Positions 30,254 to 41,136 of a stretch of DNA of 64,000 nucleotides are shown piece by piece (position 1 is the stretch's first letter; each line of letters begins with the position of its first letter). The translations under genes and the position numbers were made by a program. The stretch comes from Bdellovibrionales bacterium (GTDB taxonomy: Bacteria > Bdellovibrionota > Bdellovibrionia > Bdellovibrionales > UBA1609), in contig CBDHDF010000011.1 in NCBI GenBank assembly GCA_965261545.1, positions 928,001 to 992,000 on the forward strand. Direction: 5' to 3'. Below the pieces are notes generated by a model. It made no database searches. It was not told where the DNA came from and saw only the letters and a list, made by a program, of their open reading frames with translations.

Positions 30254-32137
30254 TTATAGGCTTAAGCCATGGTTTCTTGTTATTGCTTTTTGTATGCAAA
30301 CAGTTGAGACAGAAATATCAAGGGGTTGAAGGTGCTTTTTTTGAAGGTGGAGAAAGTCATTTTTTTCGACCTGTCGTTCTTTGTTCTCTGACTCAACAAA
30401 ATCAATATGTCGAATATGGGGCCTTGTCGCTAAGAAAATATGAAAAGATTTTTCATCCAAACCCTTCAAAACAAGAGAGGGTTCTTGTTTTCCACGGAAT
30501 CCTTTTCTTTCATGGGCCTTCAGGAAACTAAGAAAATCAGTGTAAACAGTGACACGGTTTCCACGGCTATAGGAATCAATAAATGGAATGTCCGGTGGCC
30601 CATGGTATTTAGATGTGTAACCTTTGTTTAAGTCCCATGTGTACTGAATGGCTTTGTTATTTTCATCATCAGAGTAAAACCAAATGCCACCTTTTTTATC
30701 CACTTTCACTCTTTTTTGTTGAAAAAGATCATCAGCAAGGCTTTCTTTGATTTTGTGATGTCTGAAAAACTGTGTCACCCTGTTCATTGCAATTTGTGGA
30801 CTTTCTTCTTTGATCTTTGGAATGTAAAAAGGCTTGTAGGTTGTTTTTACCTCTCCAAAATGTTGCTCTAAGAGAAGAAGGTTTTTGTTGTCTGTGATCT
30901 TTGAAATGGCCGCCAAGAAGTTCATGTCTTCGTGGAGACTGACAAGCTCAATGAGTGACCCTGTGGTTTTGTTCTTTGTATTCGTCCATCTATTTCCATG
31001 GATGACAACGTGTTCTCGTCCTTTTAAAGTCGTTTGTCCTTTTTTGTTTTCTGTACAGGCTATATTGTGCCTCTTGCAGTAATCCAAAATGTCACAGTTT
31101 GAAGCTCGCCTTATCTCACCAATAGGCACCGTAGAGTCCCTAAGAGCATGATCTGAGGGAAGAGGAGTCCTGTTCTCACGACGATGGCTTTTTGTGTAAG
31201 ATTCATAGTCTTTTACTTGATGCTTTTGTGCATTTCCTCCCATCATGGAAAGTGGGTCTGAAGGCCCCAAAAAGTCTCCTTTTCCGTCTTTGAAATGATT
31301 GATTCCGTCTCTGATTTTTCTCTTTACCTGGGGTTGCTTGAGAAATAACTCATCATTGGATTTGAACTTTTCAACAAGTCCTGGTTTGTCATAGTGATTT
31401 CCTAGTTGTTTGCCTCGGATGCCCTTCTCATGTCCTTCATAATGATAGGTGATGGTCTTTTCAGTAATAGCCACTTTGACAGAGAGTTCGTTCAAAATGC
31501 TCACATATTCATCAAAACTTGTGGCATAGCTTCTTGCAAAATCAGCCTTTTGGAAAAGGTCCAGTCTGTAAGATTTGCCACCCCGACGTTGAATCTCTCG
31601 CACCTTTTGGGGAAGCCTTTTACTTCTGGTTTTGTCAGTTTCTCGAATAATGGAAAGTCCATGTTCTCTTACTATTTCGTCTGAAATACTTCGCAGGTTA
31701 TAGAGATGTTCCTTTTTATTTATTATGTCTCTTTTTCCTGTTTTTTCATTCACTGGGTTAACAAGAATATGGTTGTGGGTCTTACTGGTGTCTGTATGTG
31801 TGACCACAACAAATTCATGATTTGGGAAATAGCGTTTGGTCAATTCCACCCCCATGGAATTGACACTTTCTGCCGACAAGACTTGACTTTCTTCAGGCTT
31901 GAAGCTGTGAATCACCTCAAAGGCGACATTGACATTCCTGCCTCCATGGGGTTTATGTTTATTATACAAGACTTGAGTGCGCTCAAACTGCCTAATGGCC
32001 TTTCCTTCAAGGCAATGATGACAACTTATCATAAGTTCAGTTCCTCTTTCTTTAAGTAAATACTTCTCATAATCTTTTGCCGAAAGCTCTCTTTTTTGAG
32101 AGACATTCTTTCTCCACTTAACTTTTATGTATGCCAT
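30254..32137 (-). CDS. Relaxase (MOBP/VirD2-like) with C-terminal extension
   Basis: VIHSF, VVVTHTDTSKTHNHILVN (HUH motif). Lies downstream of mobC. Confidence 0.88.
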   Translation of the reverse strand: MAYIKVKWRKNVSQKRELSAKDYEKYLLKERGTELMISCHHCLEGKAIRQFERTQVLYNKHKPHGGRNVNVAFEVIHSFKPEESQVLSAESVNSMGVELTKRYFPNHEFVVVTHTDTSKTHNHILVNPVNEKTGKRDIINKKEHLYNLRSISDEIVREHGLSIIRETDKTRSKRLPQKVREIQRRGGKSYRLDLFQKADFARSYATSFDEYVSILNELSVKVAITEKTITYHYEGHEKGIRGKQLGNHYDKPGLVEKFKSNDELFLKQPQVKRKIRDGINHFKDGKGDFLGPSDPLSMMGGNAQKHQVKDYESYTKSHRRENRTPLPSDHALRDSTVPIGEIRRASNCDILDYCKRHNIACTENKKGQTTLKGREHVVIHGNRWTNTKNKTTGSLIELVSLHEDMNFLAAISKITDNKNLLLLEQHFGEVKTTYKPFYIPKIKEESPQIAMNRVTQFFRHHKIKESLADDLFQQKRVKVDKKGGIWFYSDDENNKAIQYTWDLNKGYTSKYHGPPDIPFIDSYSRGNRVTVYTDFLSFLKAHERKGFRGKQEPSLVLKGLDEKSFHIFLATRPHIRHIDFVESENKERQVEKNDFLHLQKKHLQPLDISVSTVCIQKAITRNHGLSL

Positions 32138-32471
32138 AGCCGTAGTAAATTTGGTTCGTTAAGGTTTCAAATTGCTCTAAAATTAAATCTATTTTGTCAC
32201 TCCATCCACAAAGAAGACCTGCGTTAAATCTTCTTGCGACTTGATTAAGATTATTTCCGATTCGGCCTAAATCTTTTTGTAAAATGGTTAAATCATTCTG
32301 ACTAACAAGCACTTTTGTTGGCGGCTTGCTGAAATGAGAATCTCTCAGAAGTTGAGGGGCAGATTTACCCAATACCTCACTTTCCTTTTTAATTTTCTCA
32401 TATTCAAGGGAAGACAATCTCACATAAATGACACTCCTTGCGTTGAGTTCTGACTTCTTGTTTTGTTGCAT
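32118..32471 (-). CDS. mobC: Relaxosome accessory protein MobC
   Basis: Ribbon-helix-helix start (VRLSSLEY) and LGRIGNNLNQVAR. Confidence 0.9.
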   Translation of the reverse strand: MQQNKKSELNARSVIYVRLSSLEYEKIKKESEVLGKSAPQLLRDSHFSKPPTKVLVSQNDLTILQKDLGRIGNNLNQVARRFNAGLLCGWSDKIDLILEQFETLTNQIYYGYGIHKS

Positions 32472-32559
32472 TTTTAACTCCTCTTTGTTGCTTTACGTAT
32501 TCTTTTTTGTTTCTTTTTTAAATTAATTTTGCGATTTTTGTTTTTTTATTTTATTTCAT

Positions 32560-32790
32560 CTTTTTTCATGTTCTAATTTGGGATATTTGTTTGTATGGAT
32601 TCGTTTTCTTGTGCGTTTTTTTTCATGCAAGCATGGACATTGCTAGCAATATCCCAAAAAAGCTCCTGCGGAGCAGGGGGACTTCGCCCCTTTTTTGCTT
32701 GTTGAGGGCAAGCCCCCAAACCCCCTTGATGACTGCTTCGCAGTCCCAAGGTGCTCGCTTCGCTCGCCTTTTCCCGATGTATTTTCGTCC
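32560..32790. other. Candidate oriT region
   Basis: Intergenic stretch upstream of mobC, with palindrome ATTGCTAGCAAT and GC-rich GGGCAAGCCCCCAAACCCCC. Call is based on position only. Confidence 0.4.
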
Positions 32791-32799
32791 ATCTTTGGT

Positions 32800-34293
32800 T
32801 CATAACGCAGCTCCCGCAGCCTTCACAGCAAGGCTCGTTTTGTTCGCAGTATTGCTAGCTCCGCCAATAAATTCTGGAGCAGATTCTTGTTTGTTTTCCA
32901 TCAGCATCGGCCTTAAAAAGAAGAAGACACTTCCCGTTGTGAGACTGGCCACCAATAGTTGAATCCAGGAATAGATGGAGTAAAAATAGTACATCCTTGA
33001 ACTCACAAGCTTGGCTCCATAGAGTGAGATTCCATCAGAAAAGCGGCCCAATTCCTCCATTACTTCCACGGACTGGGCCATGCTGGTCATGATGTGGTAG
33101 AACAAAACCCACAGAGGAGTCCAAAGCAGAACGGAAAAGTAAAGGACAAACCAATAAACAAGAACCTTCCACTTTCCTGCCACAACAAAGAAAATCAGGA
33201 AGGGGAAGATTGCCACCAGGGCCAGCTTTATCAGCCCTGCAACATGGGGGGCTCTGGCCAAATGCTCACTGAACTTCTGGCTTCTTGTTGCAGCCTCAGA
33301 AGCTCCATGGGTGTCCGAAAATCCAAGAAAAGACATGACGGCATCGAAGGAAAACAGGCGGTTGAGGTACTGAAAAACCCGTGCCGTTGTGCCTGGAAGT
33401 TGGGAGCCTTTCATAATGCCCATCACAGATTCTTTATCTTCCAAATAGTGGTTTACGAGCATATTGGCCATGTGCATATTTTGGGCGGCCTCATCCCTGA
33501 TGGGGTAGACATGTTTCCCACTGTTGCGGATAAAAGTGATGTGGTGATCTATGGCGTACTGCTTTAAGCGATCTCGAACTTCTTTTTTCACATCAAGGCA
33601 AGAATAAAGGCTATCTTCTGTTTTGATTTCAATTTCAGAGAGCTTCTGGTCGAGGCCCTCATCTTGGTTAAAGAAGGCGTTGAGCTTACCTTGGGCACGG
33701 GCTTCTCCAATAAGAGGCAAGGTCTTTTCAAAGCAATTTTCCGTGTAGAAGTGGACAAGCTCTTTGAGGTCTTGGTTCTGAATGGTGGCCGTTCCCGAAT
33801 ACATAATGGCTTTGTAAAAGAAGTTGGGGGCACCAAGCTGAGAGTGGGTTCTTGCCATCACATGGTCAATGATTCGACCAAGAAAGGCACTGGACTCCTC
33901 AGCCGTCCGGCTCAGAAGGTCAAAGATAAAGCTCACCTTTGCTTGATCTTTCACATCGCCATAGCGGGTTTTGATGTAGGGGTTGTCTTTCCAAGACTCT
34001 CCGTAATAATTCTTCACCCCCGTGGTGGAACCCACTCGAAGTAGGGAAAGGCCCAGAAATAGACAAAAAATGACTTTGACAAAGGCTGCTAAGGGAATTT
34101 GCTTTCGTGTGACAATGGTTCCTGGCATATAGCGTGAGAAGAATCTGATCGTGGTGATAAAGAAGGCTGTGCCGAAAATAACAAGAACCATAGCCTTGAA
34201 AAAGATTTCTGATGTGATAGCCGCAATAAACTGTGAGTGGAGTTCTAGGCCAAGATATTGGTATAAGGCTTCGTAGGCTGTGTTGCTGAACAT
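32800..34293 (-). CDS. TraG-N-like membrane conjugation protein
   Basis: Multiple TM segments, FYTENCF and AIFPFLIFF. Start MFSNT after GGAGG. Context supports the call. Confidence 0.65.
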   Translation of the reverse strand: MFSNTAYEALYQYLGLELHSQFIAAITSEIFFKAMVLVIFGTAFFITTIRFFSRYMPGTIVTRKQIPLAAFVKVIFCLFLGLSLLRVGSTTGVKNYYGESWKDNPYIKTRYGDVKDQAKVSFIFDLLSRTAEESSAFLGRIIDHVMARTHSQLGAPNFFYKAIMYSGTATIQNQDLKELVHFYTENCFEKTLPLIGEARAQGKLNAFFNQDEGLDQKLSEIEIKTEDSLYSCLDVKKEVRDRLKQYAIDHHITFIRNSGKHVYPIRDEAAQNMHMANMLVNHYLEDKESVMGIMKGSQLPGTTARVFQYLNRLFSFDAVMSFLGFSDTHGASEAATRSQKFSEHLARAPHVAGLIKLALVAIFPFLIFFVVAGKWKVLVYWFVLYFSVLLWTPLWVLFYHIMTSMAQSVEVMEELGRFSDGISLYGAKLVSSRMYYFYSIYSWIQLLVASLTTGSVFFFLRPMLMENKQESAPEFIGGASNTANKTSLAVKAAGAAL

Positions 34294-34294
34294 A

Positions 34295-35767
34295 TTAGAA
34301 TCCTCCCTGGTCAGAGTTCGGATCAGAAGAACAAAGAATGCCGTCAGAGCAGTCAAATAGCTGCCTCTGAGAACGCTTAGAATTGATCCTATTGGCTTCA
34401 TTGCCCAAAGTCCTCTCTGTGCTCTGGCCTTGATAAAGACGCCCCTCCTTGGTGATCTGAGAGATGACAGCGTTGAGTGGGGTGTTTTGGACCTCTTGAA
34501 GTTGCAAGGTCGCATCCACAGAGTCTTTGAGTTTTTTTCTCTTCTCGTTGATTTCCTTTTTTCTTGGGGCGGGAAGATTGGGGTTTTGCTCCAAAATATT
34601 GAGCATATCTAGTGAACGGTTCATTTCATGGGAGAACTTGGTCAAGGCAATGGAGGAGGCAAGTTTGCGACAATAAGAACCTCTTTTGATAAATGGGAGG
34701 TAGGACAGGTACCTGAGTGTTTGCTTATCAATGTAGGTTTGGCCTTTGTGGCCACCGATGTCTTTAAGGGCTTTTATATCAATCAGGCGATCAAGGCTTA
34801 TGCGGTGGGCATTTTTATCAATTTTTTTCAGAAGCCCACGGCACAGTTTCTCATAGGTATCCTTTTCAAGTTCATAAAGCCTTGTCCTAGGAGTGATAGC
34901 CCTACGCCTTGGCCCATATTCCACGGAAATGCGACCTTGACCGACAACAGTGTCCCCCACAAGGGCTTTGATAAGCTCGACAGTGCGTCTTGCTTCTTTT
35001 GAATTGAAACCAGCCCACTTGGCTGAAGACTCAATGAGTTTGTTCTCGTTGGCTTTGAGTCCAAAGCGGCTTCCAGCCCAGTTCGCTAAGTCCACAGAGT
35101 AGTCTGAACCTGAACGGCACTCCTTCATGGCCTGTTCCATATTTCCTCCATTTTTTTGAATGGCCCTGTGGACACATCCTTGCCGCTCTTGCTTAAAATC
35201 TTCGGTTCGTTGATCGACATATTTGTCAATCAAGGCACATTGATCGAGCCTCATTTGCGAAAGAAAGTTGGCGTTGACTCTTGTGTGCTTGAGGATGGAA
35301 CACCATGTGGGGCTGAAGTAGCAAGTAAGTAACATGGGGCTTGCTGCCATGATGTTGTTTCCCAGAGACTCAAAGTATTTGGAGTCCAAAAAGTTTTTTA
35401 AAGCTCCCTGGAGAGTGTTTTTAAAGTCAATTCTCCCACAGTCGGCGTCTATACCGAGCTTAAATCCAAGGTCCACCGTTTGGTAATTATCAAAGATATA
35501 ATCACTTTCTGGGCTGCGTTCTTTAAACAGGTAGTCCGTTGAGGACATTTCAGAGTTATGCCTGTAGTTAAAGTTCTTAGCCCTTTGAGCCGCGACAGCC
35601 ATTGCAGACAAAGCTGATAAAAATAATAAGGCTGGTAGGACTGATGAAAATAAGAATAATGAGACTGATAGGGTGGGTGGGGATAAAAACACCAAGAGGA
35701 TAGATCTCATTGTTTTCCATATTCTCATTGTTCTCAACTTCATTGCTTTTAACTTTATTGTTCTCAA
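34295..35767 (-). CDS. TraH-like secreted conjugation protein
   Basis: Signal-like N-terminus, DADCGRIDF, Cys-rich. Adjacent to the traG-like gene. Confidence 0.55.
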   Translation of the reverse strand: MRTIKLKAMKLRTMRIWKTMRSILLVFLSPPTLSVSLFLFSSVLPALLFLSALSAMAVAAQRAKNFNYRHNSEMSSTDYLFKERSPESDYIFDNYQTVDLGFKLGIDADCGRIDFKNTLQGALKNFLDSKYFESLGNNIMAASPMLLTCYFSPTWCSILKHTRVNANFLSQMRLDQCALIDKYVDQRTEDFKQERQGCVHRAIQKNGGNMEQAMKECRSGSDYSVDLANWAGSRFGLKANENKLIESSAKWAGFNSKEARRTVELIKALVGDTVVGQGRISVEYGPRRRAITPRTRLYELEKDTYEKLCRGLLKKIDKNAHRISLDRLIDIKALKDIGGHKGQTYIDKQTLRYLSYLPFIKRGSYCRKLASSIALTKFSHEMNRSLDMLNILEQNPNLPAPRKKEINEKRKKLKDSVDATLQLQEVQNTPLNAVISQITKEGRLYQGQSTERTLGNEANRINSKRSQRQLFDCSDGILCSSDPNSDQGGF

Positions 35768-35779
35768 TTTTCTCTCCTT

Positions 35780-36229
35780 TTATGATTGTTTTCCTTTATG
35801 ATTTATGAACTCCCTAGAATAAAAACTTTCCTTTATGGGAATGGGAATCGGTATAGGTACCAATGGAAGCCGTATTTTCTGACTCCAGTCCTTCTGCCCG
35901 GCAATCTCCAGAACTAAAACAAGTAAGACATAAATGGAGACCATTTGCCCTAGGAGCAGGATAAAATCTAAGAATTCTATGGGAGCCAAGGGAACCAAGA
36001 AGATGCTCATATATGTCAAAATTTCGCTTAAAGAAAACAGGGGAAGAAATGTGGTGGCAATGTCATAATCACTCTTCTTGAGACCGGCAAAGCGGATATG
36101 AAGAAGAAGCAAGATGCAATAAATGGGAGAACCAATGAGCAAATACCCAATGAGTAAGATATACCTTTCCGCATTTTCTCCCATGGAATGATGGATTGAT
36201 TTTATAAAATTTCTGTACTCTTGAGTCAT
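35780..36229 (-). CDS. Hypothetical membrane protein
   Basis: Hydrophobic 149-aa ORF with RBS AGGAGG. Confidence 0.7.
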   Translation of the reverse strand: MTQEYRNFIKSIHHSMGENAERYILLIGYLLIGSPIYCILLLLHIRFAGLKKSDYDIATTFLPLFSLSEILTYMSIFLVPLAPIEFLDFILLLGQMVSIYVLLVLVLEIAGQKDWSQKIRLPLVPIPIPIPIKESFYSREFINHKGKQS

Positions 36230-36245
36230 ATTGACCTCCTATCTA

Positions 36246-38390
36246 GTTCCTGTCCAGGGAAGAAAGTTAAGTAGTTTTAAGTATTTACATGCCTTCCCTT
36301 TAGATTTTATGCTTTAAAATGGAGTCCATCAAACATAATCCGTGTAAATTCAGTTACTTACATAAAACGGAAAAATAAAATAAGTTCCCCCCCCTCTCTT
36401 GACGAACCTTTCACAGCCCCTCCCTTTCAGTGACTTATGTGGCTATCAACTGGTTACTTGATATGAGAGGAAGAGTTGGATCAACCTGTGTTTCCACCGT
36501 GGTGATTTCAAACCTCCTTCAGGGAAATAACATTACGTTGCGCATCAACTTCAAAAAATACTTGACGTGTTTTTTCAGAGAAATAATTTTTGATATTTTA
36601 TTCTTCATTTATTTTTTATGTAGGTTTTAGGAGGCGTGGGAACCTCTCTATGAGGTAGAATTCTTATCCATGTTCTCCGAGAACCTCTCTGATTTTTTTC
36701 TTCTTAAAAGACATCCTTGCTCACTTTTTTCCCTCAAAAAAACGTATGTTAATATAAAAATTAAAGAGAAACTTTCACCAAAGGGGGGACTATGCGCCAT
36801 TTGAAGAAGACACAGTTGGGACTCTTTTCCCAATATCCTAACCACCAACTCAGTACAGAATTGCAGCAAATTAATAACATCATTGATCGCCATCCAGAGT
36901 TTGCCCATATGGTTCATGAAGACCTTGTTAAAGAAAAGAAAGATTCTGGTGATATTGGTATGACATCGGAGCAAGTTCTCAAGGTGGCTATTCTTAAATC
37001 CATAAGAGGTCTTTCCTATCGTGCGTTAGCCTTTAATCTTGTCGATTCAGTATCCACCAGAGCTTTTCTGGGCCTTGAATTGGAAGAAAATTACGCTCAC
37101 TCCACCTTACAGGACTTGATTGTTCAAATAAGTGAAGAAACTTGGGGAATTATTAGCGCCTCTTTAGTTTCAGATGCAAGAGATCAAAAGATTGAGCCGT
37201 GTAAGAAAATGAGATTGGACAGTACAGTGACGAAATCAAATATTCATCATCCAACGGATGCATCGCTTTTATATGACTGCATAAGAGTTACAGAAAGAGA
37301 ATTTAAAAAAGTTCGTAAAAATGTCATGAAAGATTTTTGGCGACTTATTTCAAGAGAAGATCTTAAGAGAGCAAAAACCTTTCTTTACAAAATTAATAAT
37401 TCCAAAAATGATGCGGAAAGACTACCTTGCTATAAGGAGCTTTTAAAAATCGCTACCAAATTGAACAAAGGATTACCTGATACCATCAGAAAGATAAAAA
37501 AAGAACAAAAATGTGTGAAGATGAATGCTTTGAAAAAGAGTCTAAAACAGTTAGAAAATGTTGCCTTCTACCTGGAAAAAATCATCTTTCAAACTCAAAA
37601 AAGAGTTATTGAGGGGAAAAAAGTATCTTCTGAAAAAAAGGTCCTATCCATCTTTGAACCGCATACAGACATTATTGTAAAGGGGCAAAGAGAAGTCGAG
37701 TTTGGGCATAAAATCTTTCTGACCTCAGGGCAAAGCAACATGATTTTAGATTGTCAGATCCCTGATGGCAACCCCGCAGACTCTGATATGTTTTTAAAAG
37801 TTATGAATTCAGTGACACAAACCTATGGGGCTTGCCCTGTAAAAGTAAGTGCAGATGGTGGGTTTGCTTCAAAAGAAAATCTTGAAGAGGCCAAAGAGAT
37901 GGGGGCTAAAGATGTTTGCTTCCCAGAAAAAAAAGGAATGAAAATATTAAAGATGGTTAAAAGTGCTTGGGTCTTTAAAAATCTTCTCAATTGGAGAGCC
38001 GGAATAGAGGCTGTTATTTCATTCCTTAAGAGATGTTTTGGTATGAGAGTTGCTTACTGGAAAGGGCATGATGGTTTTAAGAGGTATGTAAAGAATGCCG
38101 TTTGTGCCTATAATTTTGTTGTCTTGGCAAGACATGAATTATCAACTGTCACCTAAATTTATCCATTAGGAATAACAGCAATGGACCAGGTCGAAGGTGC
38201 TAAAATCTTCCAAAGGTAGGGGTGCGTCTTCAAATCGAAAAAACTAGGGCGCAAGTCGCTTAAAGACCTTTTTCCCCTTAATCTGTAGAGTTTGTGTGGC
38301 AAATCTCCAACTCTCACTCCCCCATTGAGGCATTGGGAGGCTCAATGGGGAGTGTCAGAGAACAAAAAATGGGCCTTTCTGGACAGAAAC
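36246..38390 (+). mobile_element. ISNCY-type IS, copy 4 (2145 bp)
   Basis: Same IRs. Target duplication TATCTA at 36240-36245 and 38391-38396. Confidence 0.94.
36792..38156 (+). CDS. ISNCY transposase (intact)
   Basis: 454 aa. One L to F change seen versus copy 2. Confidence 0.92.
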   Translation: MRHLKKTQLGLFSQYPNHQLSTELQQINNIIDRHPEFAHMVHEDLVKEKKDSGDIGMTSEQVLKVAILKSIRGLSYRALAFNLVDSVSTRAFLGLELEENYAHSTLQDLIVQISEETWGIISASLVSDARDQKIEPCKKMRLDSTVTKSNIHHPTDASLLYDCIRVTEREFKKVRKNVMKDFWRLISREDLKRAKTFLYKINNSKNDAERLPCYKELLKIATKLNKGLPDTIRKIKKEQKCVKMNALKKSLKQLENVAFYLEKIIFQTQKRVIEGKKVSSEKKVLSIFEPHTDIIVKGQREVEFGHKIFLTSGQSNMILDCQIPDGNPADSDMFLKVMNSVTQTYGACPVKVSADGGFASKENLEEAKEMGAKDVCFPEKKGMKILKMVKSAWVFKNLLNWRAGIEAVISFLKRCFGMRVAYWKGHDGFKRYVKNAVCAYNFVVLARHELSTVT

Positions 38391-38426
38391 TATCTATTTA
38401 GGTTGTGTTATCGTTTGTTGGTTTTC

Positions 38427-41024
38427 CTATTTCTCTTGGGTTTTATTGTTTTTCTTGGAGTGATGAGTGGTTAAGTACAAAAGAGCTTCCCAAGGCTTGC
38501 CGTCAAATTTTTTGATGGCATCCTCAAAGGTTTTCAAATCGGCTCGATTGGTGGGGGCAAGCCACCGGTCGTAGGGGGTTTGGTAATATCGAAAGACCCC
38601 TTGTTTGGACTTGTCCTTGTTCATGTAGAAGATTTCGGTAAACTGCCCTTTTTTGACCTTGAGAGATTTGACAATTTCAGAATTGGCTTCATCAAAGAGA
38701 TTTGACTTTTGAAGCAGGTAGTCCACGTTGTCGGGACTCATTTTGAGCATAATAAAATTATCAGCCACCGACCACATAGCTTGACCAGCTTCAAGCTCGA
38801 AATAGTTTTGGGGTCTAGGTGTCAGTCCAATAAGCCAGAATCCAAGCTTTCTGAAGGTTTCAGCCGCATCAATAATAAAGTTTTTGGCCACGGGATTGTT
38901 GCGACCGAGCATCCCCAATTCTTCGATAACAATAAAGCCACCACGCTCTCGATGCTCTGGCCTTTGTATCGTTTGACGTATTTCTTCAATCACACTCATT
39001 GTCATCAGAGTTTGAAGAGTTTCGTCCTTAAGGGCATCCAAGTCATAGACAAAAAGAAGTTCTGAAGACTTGTCTTTTTGAGCCACCCCCTGGAAATACT
39101 TGGAATAAGTCCCATCTCCATAAAAAGGGTTGAGTTTGACAAGAACTCTTTCAATCTCCTCTTTCATCTTTTCAAACTCTAGTTCAGATGTGAGGCTTGC
39201 CATGGCTGTTACAAAGTCATCCATTGTGACTTCCACTTCTTCTTGGCTTTCTTCGCTAACAAGTTTTCCATCCATATAAGAAAGGCCAGACTCCTTGGAT
39301 TTTTTAAGATAAGCCAGCTTCAATGCCCTAGAGATGCTGGTAATATGCTCACTTTCAATCTCAAACTTCGGGGAGGTCAGCTTAATGGCTGTGGTGAGGA
39401 GATGAGTGAGGAAATTCACTTTGGCATCATCAAAAGCTCCACGAAAGGGGGAGAAGGGCATTTCTTCCTGGGGGTCAAAGACTGTCAGTTCCCCATGAAA
39501 GGGGCCTATGACTCCCTTGTAACTGGATTTCTTATCAATGACGAAAACAAGGGGTTCTGGGTCAAGTCGCTTTGCAGATTGGATGCAATCAATGACAAAG
39601 GCTGATTTTCCGCTCCCACTATCAGCTAAAACCACGGTATGGTTTGAAGTTTCATTTTCAAGGAGATTGAAGTTTATAAGATTCTTCTCTCTTGAAAGAT
39701 AGGTTTGCAGTGAGTGGGATAAGCCCTTGAAAGAATCAAAAAGTGGCAAAAACATGACCGCATCATTTTGCAAAATGCGAATGTATCTCTGAGTTGAGTA
39801 ATCCGCTTCAGGGGAGTAGTTTAAGGGAAGGGAGTTCAGGGCTAGGCCCAAGCCAATTTCTTCCTCCACAATCACCTCGCACTCAAGGTCATTGTGAAAG
39901 ATGTTGATGAGTTCTCGTGTGCGTTGGTCTAGAATTTCTTCCGTTTCTCCCTCAAGAATGATGCAAAAAGTGAGATAAAGGCATTTTTCACCCACAGCCA
40001 AGCGGTCTTGGGCTTCTTTAATTTCTGCTCTTTGAACCTTGGCACTTCGTGAAACATTGTTTTCAAGAAAAAACTCTTTAATATCAAAGAATTTTTTGAC
40101 TTTTCCCTTGGAGGGGAAGCTAAAATTTAGGGACATTTTAAAAGGAAAATCCAACTTGGTAAAATAAGCCATGCCTCCAGCGTAGGCAAAATGTGGACTT
40201 GTTTTTAATGTTATGGTTCTTGTTTTGACTCCCTCTCTTTCGATTCCTCTATAGTCAAGAGTGGGACTGTTGTAAATCAACTGATCAGAAAGGGAAAGGT
40301 GTTTATTGAATCTTGCAAACTCTCTTTTGTAAAACTCCTTGGGATTAAAGAATTGGCGAGCATGGGTTAAGAACTCTTGAGCATCAAGGGTTTTGAGTTT
40401 TATTTTTGAGTTTTCAATATATTGCTTCATCATTTGGGAAAACAGTTTGATCTGTTTAACAAATTCACTCATTTCATCGAAAAGTATTCTCTCCCCTCGC
40501 TCCAGTGATCTTTTCCATTCTGCTGTGGCTGATTTTGGAGGGAAAAACCGAATGGACAAGAGGACTTTTCTCTTCAAAGGAGCCAGCTCATTGGTTGAAT
40601 TGCATTGGTTTTGAATCATCTTGATCTTTTCTTTGTAAAGGACTTTTGAGACAGGATGTGGGTATTTGTACTCACTGAGAAGCTTCTTCCAAACCTTGTC
40701 ATTTTTGGAAATATAAGACTGGTCAAAGAGAACTTGGAGGACACAGTTTTCAGGCAAAGCAAATAGTGATTTGAAGGACTCAACAGATGAAATGATATTT
40801 TTGATGGTCATGGGCTCATGTTCTAAAAGCTCGGCTTCGAGGATGGCGCCAAGGCTTCCATCCTTATTGACGAAGGTTCTAAACTCATCAATGTACTCGC
40901 TATATGGAAGCCATTGACTGAGAGAATCCGAGCGTTTGAACAGGGCTTCTGTCAACTGGAAGCGGTTGCTCAATGGTGCACTCAATGTTTGATGAATGGG
41001 TTTTAAAGTATCATTTAATTTCAA
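38427..41024 (-). CDS. traC: TraC/VirB4 conjugation ATPase
   Basis: SQWLPY start region, NHTVVLADSGSGKS, VIDKKSSY, ETFRK. TTG start after GAGGAGG. Confidence 0.87.
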   Translation of the reverse strand: MKLNDTLKPIHQTLSAPLSNRFQLTEALFKRSDSLSQWLPYSEYIDEFRTFVNKDGSLGAILEAELLEHEPMTIKNIISSVESFKSLFALPENCVLQVLFDQSYISKNDKVWKKLLSEYKYPHPVSKVLYKEKIKMIQNQCNSTNELAPLKRKVLLSIRFFPPKSATAEWKRSLERGERILFDEMSEFVKQIKLFSQMMKQYIENSKIKLKTLDAQEFLTHARQFFNPKEFYKREFARFNKHLSLSDQLIYNSPTLDYRGIEREGVKTRTITLKTSPHFAYAGGMAYFTKLDFPFKMSLNFSFPSKGKVKKFFDIKEFFLENNVSRSAKVQRAEIKEAQDRLAVGEKCLYLTFCIILEGETEEILDQRTRELINIFHNDLECEVIVEEEIGLGLALNSLPLNYSPEADYSTQRYIRILQNDAVMFLPLFDSFKGLSHSLQTYLSREKNLINFNLLENETSNHTVVLADSGSGKSAFVIDCIQSAKRLDPEPLVFVIDKKSSYKGVIGPFHGELTVFDPQEEMPFSPFRGAFDDAKVNFLTHLLTTAIKLTSPKFEIESEHITSISRALKLAYLKKSKESGLSYMDGKLVSEESQEEVEVTMDDFVTAMASLTSELEFEKMKEEIERVLVKLNPFYGDGTYSKYFQGVAQKDKSSELLFVYDLDALKDETLQTLMTMSVIEEIRQTIQRPEHRERGGFIVIEELGMLGRNNPVAKNFIIDAAETFRKLGFWLIGLTPRPQNYFELEAGQAMWSVADNFIMLKMSPDNVDYLLQKSNLFDEANSEIVKSLKVKKGQFTEIFYMNKDKSKQGVFRYYQTPYDRWLAPTNRADLKTFEDAIKKFDGKPWEALLYLTTHHSKKNNKTQEK

Positions 41025-41136
41025 TGCAGACCTCCTCAGTCATTTTCAATGATGTTCAGGTAAAGACCATTTGGCTTTTTCTTGGCTTCCTCAATGATTT
41101 TCTGCAAGGCCATTTGGCCTTCTCAGTTTGGTCTTC

